Shown here in pieces: positions 35,955-49,000 of a DNA stretch of 64,000 nucleotides; position 1 is the first letter of the stretch, and each line of letters starts with the position of its first letter. This DNA comes from Blasia pusilla (taxonomy: Eukaryota): positions 1,798,001-1,862,000 of the forward strand of contig CM114271.1 of NCBI GenBank assembly GCA_050084515.1. The letters run 5' to 3'. A model generated the notes under the pieces. That model did no database searches. It saw only the letters and a list, made by a program, of their open reading frames with translations, and was not told where the DNA came from. Made by a program: the position numbers and the translations under genes.

Positions 35955-38900
35955 CTAATCATCTTCATCACTGTCACTCACTACCACCCGCCTCCTCTGA
36001 GTGGATTTTCTTGGGGGTGACACATCGCGTTCGTAGTCTCTGTCACGCTGCCTCTTCCTATCTTCGTCATCCCTGTCATTTCTTCTCCTCTCCTGAAAAT
36101 TTCAGACAAAAATGAACGGAAAAAGTCAACAACTGCTAGTGGCAAAGTTGGGCCCAATACCAGTACTTCAGAACAAAGACGGTACATATACCCTTAGAGA
36201 TAGATTGCAGACCTGGGTAGAGCATATCCTTTTATGCTTCAATCTATGGGTCAGCCCACCTTGTAGAGAGGACCACAGTTCTGAATCCCTCTTCCTCCCT
36301 CACCCCATCAAACTTCTTCCTGAAAAAAACCAATTACCTCACGATGTGTAGTCTTTCCCTTGTCGGACCATTTTCTAGAATCCTCCTCTTCTTCCTCTTC
36401 TTCATCATCCTCATACTCCCTCTCTTCTTCCTCCAATGGAAGCTCTTCTTCGTCCTCAGGATCAGTCTCATATGCCGATTCTTCTCGCTCCTCCTCTGAA
36501 GTATCTTCAAGCATTTCCCGTCTGGAGGGTGCATGCCGTCTGTCCTTGACTGGGGGCCTCCTGGGAGGTGGTGCTTGCTGCACGATAGAGTGATTTTGAT
36601 CAATACAAGTAACCAAGATGTGCCAGTCACGAGACTTAAAAAGCGTGTATACACATGAACTTCAAACATCATCATTCAAACGACAGTGGCTGAAAGTTGA
36701 AAGCTTTCAACTGTCACATGAACGAAATAATTGAAGTACTTACTCCCAAATGAAAAACATGTAGTTGAGTAAGATTACAGAGTGTACATCCTTCACCTCA
36801 TCAGCAGCAAAATTTCTTCGTGCTTTCTATCATAACACTCCAAAGCTCTCAAGTCTTTGCCACTACAAACAAACGTTTGTTTTCCTATTTGAATTGGTGA
36901 GGAGATAGACATACCCGCTTAGCATTTAAAATCCGTCTTTCAGCTCCTCTCTCTGCCTCAAACTGCTGGAAACGACGTGTATCATTTCCTCTCCTACTGC
37001 CTCCCCCATAGTCATCAGCTTCTTCCTCCTGAGTAGACAGGACAATTGGAGACTATCATTCAGGCAAATACTGGTGGGGACAAGGAGTGACTACCATGTC
37101 AGAGCAACCTCTCCGATCACATTGCCTTTTCCTTGCAGTGTAGATGTACTGAAAAAATCAAACTTTGACACCAGCACGATGACACAGGATAGGAGCAGAG
37201 CTTCTTGCTAACATATAGAGCAAGCATTAGTTAGGATATGAGACTGGAGTAACGAAGCAAGCACGATAAATTTTTTTTTGCTGCCAAAGCGCCACTTAGA
37301 TTCTCATCAGTCAACAATCAATTGAGCTGGCAACCACCCACATTTGTGATTAAAAAGAGACATTCTCTATCGATTTTGGGATATAAGGAACTTCATTAGC
37401 TCACCTCTTCCAAAGCACCCTCAAGGTAGCCAGGAGATAGCTGTGCCTCTCGGTCCCGACTCGGCATGTGACTATACTTGCGAGTGATTTTATCTTGTTT
37501 CCGCTGCAGGTCTGACTTGCTTCTAATGCGTTGTTCCACAGCCTATACAAAGAAAGTAAGATCAATCATCAGTCTAACTATTGCTGTGGACAAGTACCTC
37601 ACAACTGAACCCTATTTGCCTCGGAATAGGTAAAAAGAACCCTAGACCGATTGTTCACTTCCTTATTAGGCTACATGTAAAACGAACTAATTTATAAGGT
37701 GAAAAAGGTGTACCTTCTCCTGTCCCTCTTTCTCTTTGTCAGGGTCAATATTTGTGACTATATTCTTTACTTTCAACACCTTCTTGTGCCTCGAGTCCAC
37801 AAGGGCAGTAAGCAATTTATGTGATTTGGATGACAAGGACGATGGCATGAACTTCATTTTGCGAAGAAGTCGTCCTTGTGATTGCAGAAGACTCTGCAAA
37901 CAAAATCAACTCCAACAATGTTACGTATTTGTTCCATAAATTTTAACATGTGTTAGCAAGGTTCAGATAATTAATTGTACACCTAATCTCCTCTCCCTGC
38001 GTACCATTTCTTAAGTCATCTTCTCTCTTTCAGAACTTTACCTTTGGATGTCGGATAAAAAGATGCGACTGATCATGGTGAGCATTTTGGACAGAAAGAT
38101 CCAAGACTTCACTACCAAGAAGCAATTGCATGCTCCCATCTGACCACTTCACAAACCTTGCATTGCTCTCATACTGCACCAATTTACCAACGAAGAAAAG
38201 TTATTTCTAGGTGGCAAACAGTGGATAGAATTTCAACTGCAGTGGTAGGGCACTACTCAATCCTTACATAGGACATTAGTCCAACAAGTGCCACAATGGA
38301 TGGTAAGCAAAGAAGTAATCATGCAAATCCTTGCTTCCAACCTCCTTGATTTGATAGTGTTGTTTCCAGGGTAATATTGGAAATGAGCATGACCTTTGTA
38401 TACACCTTAAATGTAGATCCTTCAAATCCAACCACACAATTCCTGAAACTTTCTAGCCATGTTGAGAACCTGAGAGATCACATCTATGCACTGAAACTAC
38501 ATTCCCTTCGACAATTTGGTAACACTACTCACAGATGTGCCTCCATCTCGACTCTGAACAATGCGCCATCGTGCAACATTTTCTTCAAGTCGTAAACGTT
38601 GTTTACGTCCCTCAGCATCAGTGACAAAAGTTGACTCCTCCACATACGTCTTCGGATCAAAAGGTTTAGGTTCTATGCCCATGATGTTTGAGACCCTCAC
38701 AAGATTGAGCTGCCCAAAAAAGAATATCAAATCACTTAGCCAAGAGTTTGAATTCCATTATTTACACTGTCTACATATCCAATATGGCAGTAAACGATGA
38801 GATGGTCATATGCAGAAAGATAGTGATCCATAGGTAACTAGTAAATGAGAAGAAAACATCAGAAATGATACAATGATTAGTGAACCAAAAGAGTAGGCAC

Positions 38901-40831
38901 CATGAGAAGCAACGATCAGTGCTCAAGACGGTCAATAGTCAGAGGTCAGTGGTATAGCTCGTCACAAGATTTTTGTTTCTATCCACAGCAAAAGCTGTAG
39001 CTGGTGTCCAGCGCGTGAGCACTCAAAAATAATCAGGCAGGACAAATTTAATGAAGCTATGCGATGGCCCCTTAAGAAACAAATTGGCTAATTTACCTGT
39101 TCTGATCTTCCAGGGGGAGGTCTTAGAGGAACTTCAAGTTCCAAGGGAGGGCCCACTGGTTTTTCCCTCTTTCGCTCAGCATGTCGGTCTTCTTCAGATT
39201 CATACTGGTCCTCCAGTTCATCTGCTCGCCCCCCTTCCTGGTCACTTCTCTCATCCTCTGATTGAACTCGCTGTGACAAACAACATAATTCTTCCATAAA
39301 TCAAGTTTCCAGTTGCAATATTTTCAGACGCACAAATCAGTGTGAGAAAATTCACCAGAGGACACAAATCACACCCTGCAATCTGATACTGACTTGCACG
39401 TGGATCCAGCTCTGCCAGGAAAATATTCTTGGTTGAATTCACAATGCAAGTTGGAAAGCCAAGTGGGCTGAGAAACAGTTTCTTTTTCAAGCTTGCCAGA
39501 ACCACACTTGATAAATTTGGAAGGAGAATTCTGAGACAATCACTGCCTAGAGGGAAGCTTTTAGGGTAAGTTTGGTACCTCTGCACTTGCAACAGGACTA
39601 GCTTCTTTACTTCTACTTGGGCGCCTCTCCACCTCCTGGTCATCAGAATCAGAATCACCAAAAACATCTCGTTCTACTGGACCACCCGCCGATGCTTGTT
39701 GTTCATCATCACCTTGCTCTTCCTCAACTTGCTCCTCATCAGCTTGTTCATCATCAGCTTGTTCATCATCAGCTTGTTCATCATCAGCTTGCTCATTCTC
39801 ACCTTGCTCATCATCACCTTGTTCACTGAATCATACAAATTGAAGTTTATTGCATTAAACTTTAGGATTTTAGGACATGGTCTTTGTTCACTGGTGCAAA
39901 GATATTAATTAAGTAGAAACAATACAGATCACACTTGGCGGACATGTTGACAAGTCTAACGGTTAACAATAAAGCAAGAGCCGATAAATCTTTCCACCTC
40001 AAGTTAGCCCATACAGGACATGAAAAAATTCTTTTACCTGGCTTCAGGGATTTCGTCCACTTCATTGTCATCATATTCTACAGCACGACGATCATGGTGA
40101 GAAGTCTCCGATCCACTCACACTCGGTTCAACTTCATCTCCTTCTCTATCACTGGCTCCTTCTCTGTCACTGGCTGGGTCTCTGTCGCTTGCTTCACGCT
40201 CAGCCTCACTCTCTACTTCTCTCCCACTTTCACTGACGGCACGTTCACTTTCTGCACCGTCCATATCACTCTCAACCTCGACATCACCCCCTCCCTCTCC
40301 TTCCCCCTCTTCATCATCTCTCGCCTGTGGTAAAGGGCTGCCTTAGTCCTTGCTCCAAGCAAAAAAGAGAAGGACATTGATGAAAGCATGTTAACCTACA
40401 CAGCGTAAAAGATTATGCATGAACCACGACTCTCTCCACAGGCATAGAGAAAACGGAATTGACCGAAACACTTGTTCCAGACCAGTTGCTCAGGGCAAAG
40501 GAGCCTGTATTATAAAATTTGGAAATTCGCACGACAGCAGTCATCGTGAAACACACCTAGGAGACGAGCTAACAACGCGTACACATCCGTTGCCAGGACG
40601 TGATCATAAGTAAGTTGCAGGGATAGAGTGCAAGGGCATTAGATGAAGGTCTCAATAAGTTAACGGCCGATCGACCAAAAGAGAAAATTCTTCTTCGTGT
40701 TGACTACTTACAGAATTAGCAGAGTTTGAATTGTTCGAATAGGACGGCTTGGGCTCCGGTTCATCATCGGAGTCACCTGACTCGGCTCCGAACAGAGATT
40801 CCATCATCTCATGCCGATTGTCGTCCCCCAT
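35955..40831 (-). CDS. LEO1: RNA polymerase II-associated Paf1 complex subunit LEO1 (VIP4 homolog), about 11 exons
   Basis: Start [15 protein letters not shown], acidic N-terminus, Leo1-domain exons [45 protein letters not shown] and [34 protein letters not shown]. Ends [17 protein letters not shown] introns. Confidence 0.95.
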
Positions 40832-41589
40832 GGTGGTCGAACACCACCACTACTTTCACACTCCTCCAAGTGCGACACCTTATAAAAGCACCAAAGTTGA
40901 GATCCGCCACCCAGAACCTCACTCGGGCAAGGGCGAGCCTACCGAGAACCATGAAAATGCGGTGAGAGATTCAGTGACACATCCTCTAGCAACACTGCAG
41001 CAGATATTCCATATCACACAACGCTACGCCTTCCAAATGACAAGCCCTACTCTCGACAAACACGAATCTCAACACACAAGACCGCAACCAACAACAAATA
41101 CTGCAGGAGAAAATCAATTTGAGAAGCACACCTGTGACACCTCTCCGACACTCCCCTCCGCTCCGCACAGCAACAGCTTAATGCTAGCCCTTATCTTTAC
41201 CTCGATCACTTAAATGCACTCTGTGCCTGTCACACCACTCTCTCTTCACAGCCAACTCGTCAAGAGAGACGACAGTTCGACCTACGCGCAATCTAAGCAT
41301 CGAGTCCCAATCCCATTCCCATTCCCATCTCCTTCGTCCTTCCCGTCTTCGCCTTCATGTTTCGAATGTTCAGCTGCAAATTGCACTCTCTATCAGCGGC
41401 ACTTCCAAACAAACAGACGAACGCAACTTCAACACTTCAAGTGCGAACCAAAACATCGACAAAACCTCCGGTTTGACTCGCGGCTTCTTCCAACGCTCAT
41501 TATTTATAAATAATGAGTGTTGGAAGCATAAATAGCCCTCTTAAGTAGCATTGATAACTATATATACTTCCTCATATGACATGAATCCA

Positions 41590-43555
41590 CTTTATTATAA
41601 AATAAACCTCTTTTATTATTATAAAAGAAAGGTAATAACTATTCAAAAGAGGAGTAAAAAAATGCATAAAAGAATGCAAAAAGAAAATGGCAACAAACTC
41701 ACGTAAACACCGGTTCAACGAGCAACACGATTGATTGCCTGAAACAAATCTGACAAGAACACGAGTGGTTGGTCAGACGTGAATGGACGACGAGGCGAGC
41801 GACCTCCCACCACCTCCGCACGACGTACTAATGCCAAGGCTTGTGCACGTCGTAAGGCCACTGAGATGCATTGCCTAAAATAAGTAGTAACAACCGAGAG
41901 AGAAGGACTACGGGAAGGGGCAAGGTGATGATTCTCGAGGGAGTGGTGAGCACATGTTTTCAGGAAAGTATCAAAAGACAGATGTAAATGACCGAATACT
42001 TCCACTGCAAACGGATAAATCCGTCAGTCGCATGTCTCACAGCATAACTTAACTCCTTGATTCTTGCTGCAGCTTCGGCCACCAAACCTTTGGTATGTGC
42101 GGCTCTACACACCAAGTCAGAACGTGTTGGATCAGCAACCACCACATCACCTAGTTTCCGGAATCCACCTCGAGACATAACAAGATCCACTCTCCGACGA
42201 GAAGTTACTTGTGTGGTTGAAGGTAGGACATGGAGTTGGTCTTGCCCAACGGTGTATCCTGCCGTACGAGCCACCGATGCTACCGCCTCTCTAATGACAT
42301 CATGTGTGGCCGTTCGTTCTCCACCATGTGCACATCGGAGAATATGGATACCCTTGGCATCAATGGGATCCCCGCATACACAATTCGGCACACCTAAGAG
42401 AGAAGGATGGGGAAGTCCAAGACGTAATCGCAAAGTCAGTCGAGAATATACTTGAGGAAGGAAATGGAAGAATAAGAGGATTTGCGATAAGCCCACCCCG
42501 CTCCCGCACGCAGCGCACATGAACGTAGACGAGCTCGATTAGCGTCGGAGGATGCCTCTGAGAGAATGCTGGAAAAGTTGTTGATGCAGATTCTCGGAGA
42601 TATGCTCTCGAAGTCGATCAAGCCCTTCTGTAATTAGTTGACTGAAAGGGGGTAGAATTGCTTGTGTAACAAGAGGAAGAAGAGCTCGTGCAGATCTTAG
42701 TTGTTGTTGAAATAACAAGTCCCCCTCCTCGACATGGGTGATATGATCCATCAAGATAGGTATATCTCCTTGAAGAAACCTTGAAGCCATAATCGGTGCT
42801 ACCAACGCCCAACTCCCCAAAAAGGCTGCGGGAGTAGATGTGACAGTGGAGGATAGTCCCACCCCTCCAAAAGAAATAGGCAAGATAGCTTGTCGTGAAG
42901 CAAAGACACCATCCTCTCCCTCAAAGGTATTCGGGCCAAGAAGTTGACCAAAAGTTGCCAAGATAGAAGCATCAAAAGAGGCCAGCCGATGTAAGAAGCT
43001 TGAAGTGGGAGGACAAGTGCGAAGAAGGTAGGAAGGACGTCGAAGAAAACATTGGGAGAGAATCCCATAAGCCACTTGGGGATCCCCAAGACGAGGTAAT
43101 AAATGAAGCCATTCCACGTCTTTCAAAAGGGCCTCATCCAAGAACTTTGAGACATAGTCGATGAAGCCAATTGGGACCCCAAGAACTCTAACCCCTTCAA
43201 TGTAAATGGGAAAATCAGGAGTAGGTAGGGTGAATGTTGAGGGAAGGCATGAAGGAGACCATACTCCACATTTACTAGGTTGGACTTTAAAGTTTAAGAA
43301 AGAGAGTTGCTCCACAAAATGGGTATAAGCAGGAACCACTTCAGAAGGAGGACCTAAAATGTGAGTGTCATCAGCAATAGAAGGGAAAAGACAAGATGGA
43401 AATGCTTGCGCTGATGCTCGGAGGGCACGAAAATGGGAAATGGCAAAGAGTGGGCCTCCCATGGGATCACCTTGACGTGTGCCACAAGCCGATTGTAGAA
43501 TACTATATTCCCCAGAAGTAGCATGATAGGAATAGATATGGAGTTCATAAAAATT
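41590..43555 (-). mobile_element. 5'-truncated CRE-like non-LTR retrotransposon (RT, CCHC finger, PD-(D/E)xK endonuclease)
   Basis: GTRQGDPMGGPLFA, SIADDTHI, VLGVPIG, GGVGL, LRLRLGL..CVCG...HILRC, RTATHDVIR, RRVDLVM...GDVVV...KELSY, MEVFG. A few frameshifts and an AT-rich 3' tail. Confidence 0.85.
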
Positions 43556-46031
43556 GTTAGAAGCCTTAATGCGTAATGCCAATATTAGAACCTTAATATA
43601 AATGTGTACTTACTTTTCTTAATTCTTTCTATAACAATTTCATGAAACAAAGATGAAAGAGAACAAAGAACACAATATGAATTAAATAGGTACAAAACCC
43701 AAATACAAAGTATTTAAAATTCTATCTCATATTAGAGGCATATCTGAACAAAATAATTAGTAATGTTTACTAATTTTTAATCACTTAATTTTAAAAGGTG
43801 AAAAGAGAAATGTTGGGATTTGGTTGAGGTGCGAAAAAAGAAATCAAAAATAATTATAGGATGTGAGAAATTTTTTGAATCCCCATATCTTGTTCAATAT
43901 TTTTCCCATCTTTTAAAATATAAAATTTACAAATATATCTGAAGGAAAATTCAGAAAAAAAGAAATGCTCAATTTTGGGGTTTAGCGAGGAGGGAAAATT
44001 TAGGGTTTAGAACTAGAGTTTAGAAAAAATCTGAACTATTAGGTCAATACAAGGAGGGGGGAATAGGAAGATGGTGGAAGGAGTTTCTTTTGTAAAATTA
44101 AGGGAGTGATTTTTTTGGGGGATTTTTTAATTATGATAAAAATGTGATAAAAATATTCTAAGAACATTCCAACTCTACATGAGTTAAGAGATGCCTCACC
44201 TTTTGTTAGGTTTCCATTATTTTTGAATATTATTTCCATAGTAATTAAATAATTCCCCTTTTTTGAATTATAGTATAGATGAAATTACAAATCTTTCATT
44301 CATGCATAATCCCATGTACTTTAATGACTCACCTTATTTCCTCTCCGTAGGTCATAATCCAGCAATTCAAAATATCCTTATGACCTTTACCATAGTTTAA
44401 GCTATGGAAATTTTCATAATTCCCAACCTCTTTAGGTAGCTTTAAGGGTTATGGTGAAAAATTGTGATGCCTTGTTCTTAGTTTCAAATGAAAAATAATT
44501 TCAAATAAATTATTTTCCAATTAAAAATCAAATGCGTTATCCTATGGGGACGATCAACCTTCCTTTGAAGAGCCTTAATATGACACTTAGCTTTGTTTAT
44601 GTTAAAAAATATTTCAACATAAAGTGCTAACCCCTATTCTAACAATATTATAGATCACCTAGGTAATGAATCGAAATGAAAAATCATTTGGATTCATTTC
44701 TTGTTTTAAATTTTCACTTTAAATAGCATACCATGTTTCTATTAATTAGCGTAACTTTTTAAGAGACTTCTTCCTTGACACATATGACTTAAGTAATAAA
44801 ATATATCTCACAAAAGGAAAATTTTCTTGAGTTATTTAAATAAAGCTAAGGAGAGAAAAGATCCATAGAAATGAGAAAGGAGATAAGAAAATTAGGAAGT
44901 TAAGAGAAGGAAAATGAACAAACCCCAAAGTAATTCTTTTTTCTTCCTAGTTCAGTTTGTTTCTTTTAATGAACAAGCTTGAAGTTATTATCTTGTTTCC
45001 CATTCAAAATTTCTTTCATTTGCTTGGGGAATTAATTTTGAATATGTAAATTTTTAAACTTCAAATCTAATGGTAACATAGAAATAAAGATATAAATCTA
45101 AAAATAGTCGAGGAAGTTGATTATTTCATCAAGCAATCCTTTTTTAATGGAAAAGAGTAAGGTAGTAGTATTAGTAGTTGAGGAAACAATTGATGATTTT
45201 GTCTATAATCAAGTGGAAAGATAAAAATAGCATAATATGAAAAAAATCATCTTCATAAAACCAAACTTCACCCTAAACGATGATGTGTTTGAAGCTTTCT
45301 GTAAAGTTTAAATCTTGAGTAGTTATCTTTTAAACTCGACATTTAACATCTCATATATTTTTATTAATGTTATATAAAACCAAATCATCCATATTATTAT
45401 CGGAAGGTGCCCCTCTGATTTTCGAACGATTCTTCTCTTAACATCCAACCAATAAAATTATTCAATATTGAATCAAGAGGTTCATTACAAAATAGTCAAT
45501 AGTCACTAAGTAACTCGGTGATATTAATTAAAATTACCACTTGGATCTTGAGTAGTAATTTAAATTGACTCTATATAAATAAATATAAACTTGTACAAAT
45601 CGCAATGACTTAGCATATTACTAGCAACTTTAGTGTAGAGCATTCAGATGAAAATTAAGAGTTGTAACTTCAACATGAGTTTACGCAGTGGAAGCTCTCC
45701 AGATTAATTCATATTCAGATCAGAAGGCAATCATAATTAAGTTCCTGAAATGTACATGTTATTGGGATGAGTTGTCTGCATAGCACACTGGAAGTTCTAT
45801 GGGTTGATTCTTCAGTTCATCGTTTTCAGATCAGAAGGCTATACATGATTAAGTTCCAGAAATGTAAGTCTTCTTGGCACTATTCGTCCTCGGAAACCTT
45901 GGTAAAGCTAAATAAATTGGCTTACATCCCTTGGACAACAAGGATGCCAAGAGAATTTGCTACACCTGAAACTCTGCATCCCACAGAGTTGACTGCAGAA
46001 TTGGATCGCTAAGAAGGACACCAAAATCTGC

Positions 46032-49000
46032 TCAGCCTCCAAAATTTATCCCTTGCGCTAGAGGCAGTGTCCGTCCATAATTGATTGTACTGCAGCCACG
46101 AGACACAAAAAGCCCAAAGTGTTATATTTACCACTAGCGAATCAGTTTCCAGCACAAATCATTCTGAGAGTTAACGAAAGATTGAAACCTGAGGAGATTG
46201 AATGCAGGTGAGAATCTAGGCCCAGTCATCTCACCAAGTCGTTCGTCGCATGTATTGTTTCCAAGAGTCGCTGCCTGCCTCTCGACCACCTCCAGTCTCT
46301 TTCTCACCACCAAAGGCTCCCCCGATTTCCGCACCATTGGTGGGGATGTTGACATTGGCAATACCACAATCACTTCCTGTTGGACTGTTTAACATGGGAA
46401 TGGATCAGCACTCACTATTCCATACTCTACTGAAGCTATTGAATTGCAATGACCTGTTGAATCTTTGGTGGAATGTGATGTTCCAGCCACTCACAAAAGT
46501 GATTGATTCATCCTGTTCCAGTGAATGCTGATACGATAAAGCTTTCCTATAAATGTGAATACAAAACAGCAGTCGTTTCAAAAAGATAGCAGATGGCAAG
46601 AGCAAAACTAGTGTAGTTCCACAAAGCTAGAAGAAATCATTGTTCATAGAAATGGCTCACGACTGCAGCCCCTCTATGTAGCACTAGCAAATGTCCAGGT
46701 AATTTATAGCTTATTTATAAGATAGGTACATACCCTGTCCACTTGAATATTGTTTCCAGATTCTGAGTGAATATGGAGCTGCTGAGCCCCTGAGGAACTG
46801 AGTTGTTCATCTCCACCGCTTCCTCAAAAGTCTGTCAAATGGGACGTTGAGAAAGGAAGTAAGCTAGTGGCTAATTTTTGGCAGATATCGTTCCACAGCA
46901 GAAACAGGATGGGAAGATCTTGGAAATGACAGTTATGCAAACTTCCGGTGATTACCTTGAATTTTATCACGTAGAGGATGGGACAAAATAGTTCCTCTCG
47001 GACGACAGGAGCATCATGAGATATTGCCACAACCGTAGGTTCCACGTAATTGCCCTCCCTCTCCATTACAGATCCACCAGTTAAAATGACTCCATTCTGT
47101 TACATTCAGGATCACTTTCTTCTTCAATGATCGGAATACTAAAAGCCCCTATGCCCTAGAATTACTGGAAAAGAAACATTAAAAAGCCATCATTCTGCTT
47201 CCTTCGCATCCATTGACGGCATTGAAAATAGCACAAAAGAGGTTGCTGGGGACCTGCACCTTGTGCAAAACACATGAAGGATAATGGAGCCCACAACAGT
47301 AACAGGGGGACTAGATTAGAGAAGAGGACGTTTGTCATCAAACCCTGAAAACCCAGTGAATTCTGAAAACAGTTGGTAACTGTTTGTATAACTATATAGC
47401 GCTTTCTAGAAAGATTGATGCGTCACATGTGCAATGAACCAAGATTGTTACTTTATATGTTTACAATTTGCACATTAGATGAGTGGTTGGGGGATGAAAA
47501 GAGAAAAAAAAAGAGAGTTCCTGGATACAAGTCAAATGGGAACCAAATGAACTCATCTGCACACCTTTTGCTGTAGCTCTAATGAGATTCCTTGATACAA
47601 GAAATAAAGAGAGAGTGATATATTTCATGCAAAACCGCAAAGTATGCCCATAGGAATGGAGAATTTTGAGCATGTAACAAAGGTGCTTCTCTCTCACTTT
47701 CATATGTTACAGAACTATGAGAATCACTTTACAAAAGGAATACTATCCTGCCAATTCCAAGGTTGGTATAATGGTCTACTTTTATCTTTCGGCAGTAATA
47801 TTAGGGACATGCTAAAATCAGCAACTTCCAAGAGAATCCAGATTCAAACAAAGAAAGAACAAGTACCTGCTCTTTGATTCTTCCAATGCCTTCTTTGAAG
47901 GCCATAACACCATCAGGTGTATGTAAGGGACCAAGGAGGGTGCCTTCAACCAGCGGATCACCAACTTTGACTTGAGAGTATGCTTTCAGAAGCCTGTCTA
48001 CAGTTTCTTTGTACACAGTCTCATGAACGAACTGTAGGCAGCAGCAAAACCATGTCAGACAAGGTCTTTCAGCAATCAGGCTCTACGGCAAGTAAGGCAC
48101 CAAAGTGCTTGTCATAGATGTGCTTAGTCCCATCTCCACAGAATATCAACAAAAGATTGATGTTCTTTAATCCTAGACCTCCACTGAACCTAAGACACAC
48201 AAGTGCTAGAGTATGATAAACTGTCAAAGCTGACCTGAGTCTGGCATTAATATGTACAGATGTAAAGAGAACAAGCATCTGAGAGTTTGCTCAACATTTA
48301 AGTGCAATTGACTGCATTTCTGGTGTGACAGTGAGCATGCAAAACTCTATGACTGACACACAAAGTTCACTCCTCGCCAGCACCTCTTTCGTTCTCAGTC
48401 ATGGACCCCTAGTCCCAGACCCTCAGACAGAAGAATGAGTGACCCTACACTACTGTTCAGAGCCAAGGACTTTGCAAAATGTGCAATTTAGTGTGGAGCT
48501 CAACTTGTTTCCGATGAGAACTTGAATTCCACAGAACTCCCAAGGGTTTCGCATCTGGTTGTAAAAGTGTGCAAGAGAGTCTCTTACCAGTCGACGGCAG
48601 CTTGTGCACCGTTGGCCAGCAGTACCCACAGATGCAAAAAGAACGGAACGAACTACCATTGAAATGTCAGCATCATCCATCACAATGATGGCGTTATTGC
48701 CACTTAACTCAAGCAGGCACTTGCCAAAGCGAGCATTGACCGCTTTCTGCACCAACTGTCCCACCTGCAGTTGATGCACCTTAAAAATCAGGACAACTAA
48801 ACTGAGCAGAGGTATACAAAAAAAACCTAAACATCCTCGTTCATCAAGATTACTACGAACATCATCACTCACACATCCTGCTTGTCTGGTAGACATATTG
48901 AAACAATAAATAAAATAGGCAACAAATGAAACAGAGAGGGAAAAAATAGAAAAACAAATGATTATCCTGAATATGTGAGATAATGGCTTGAAAATGGCAC

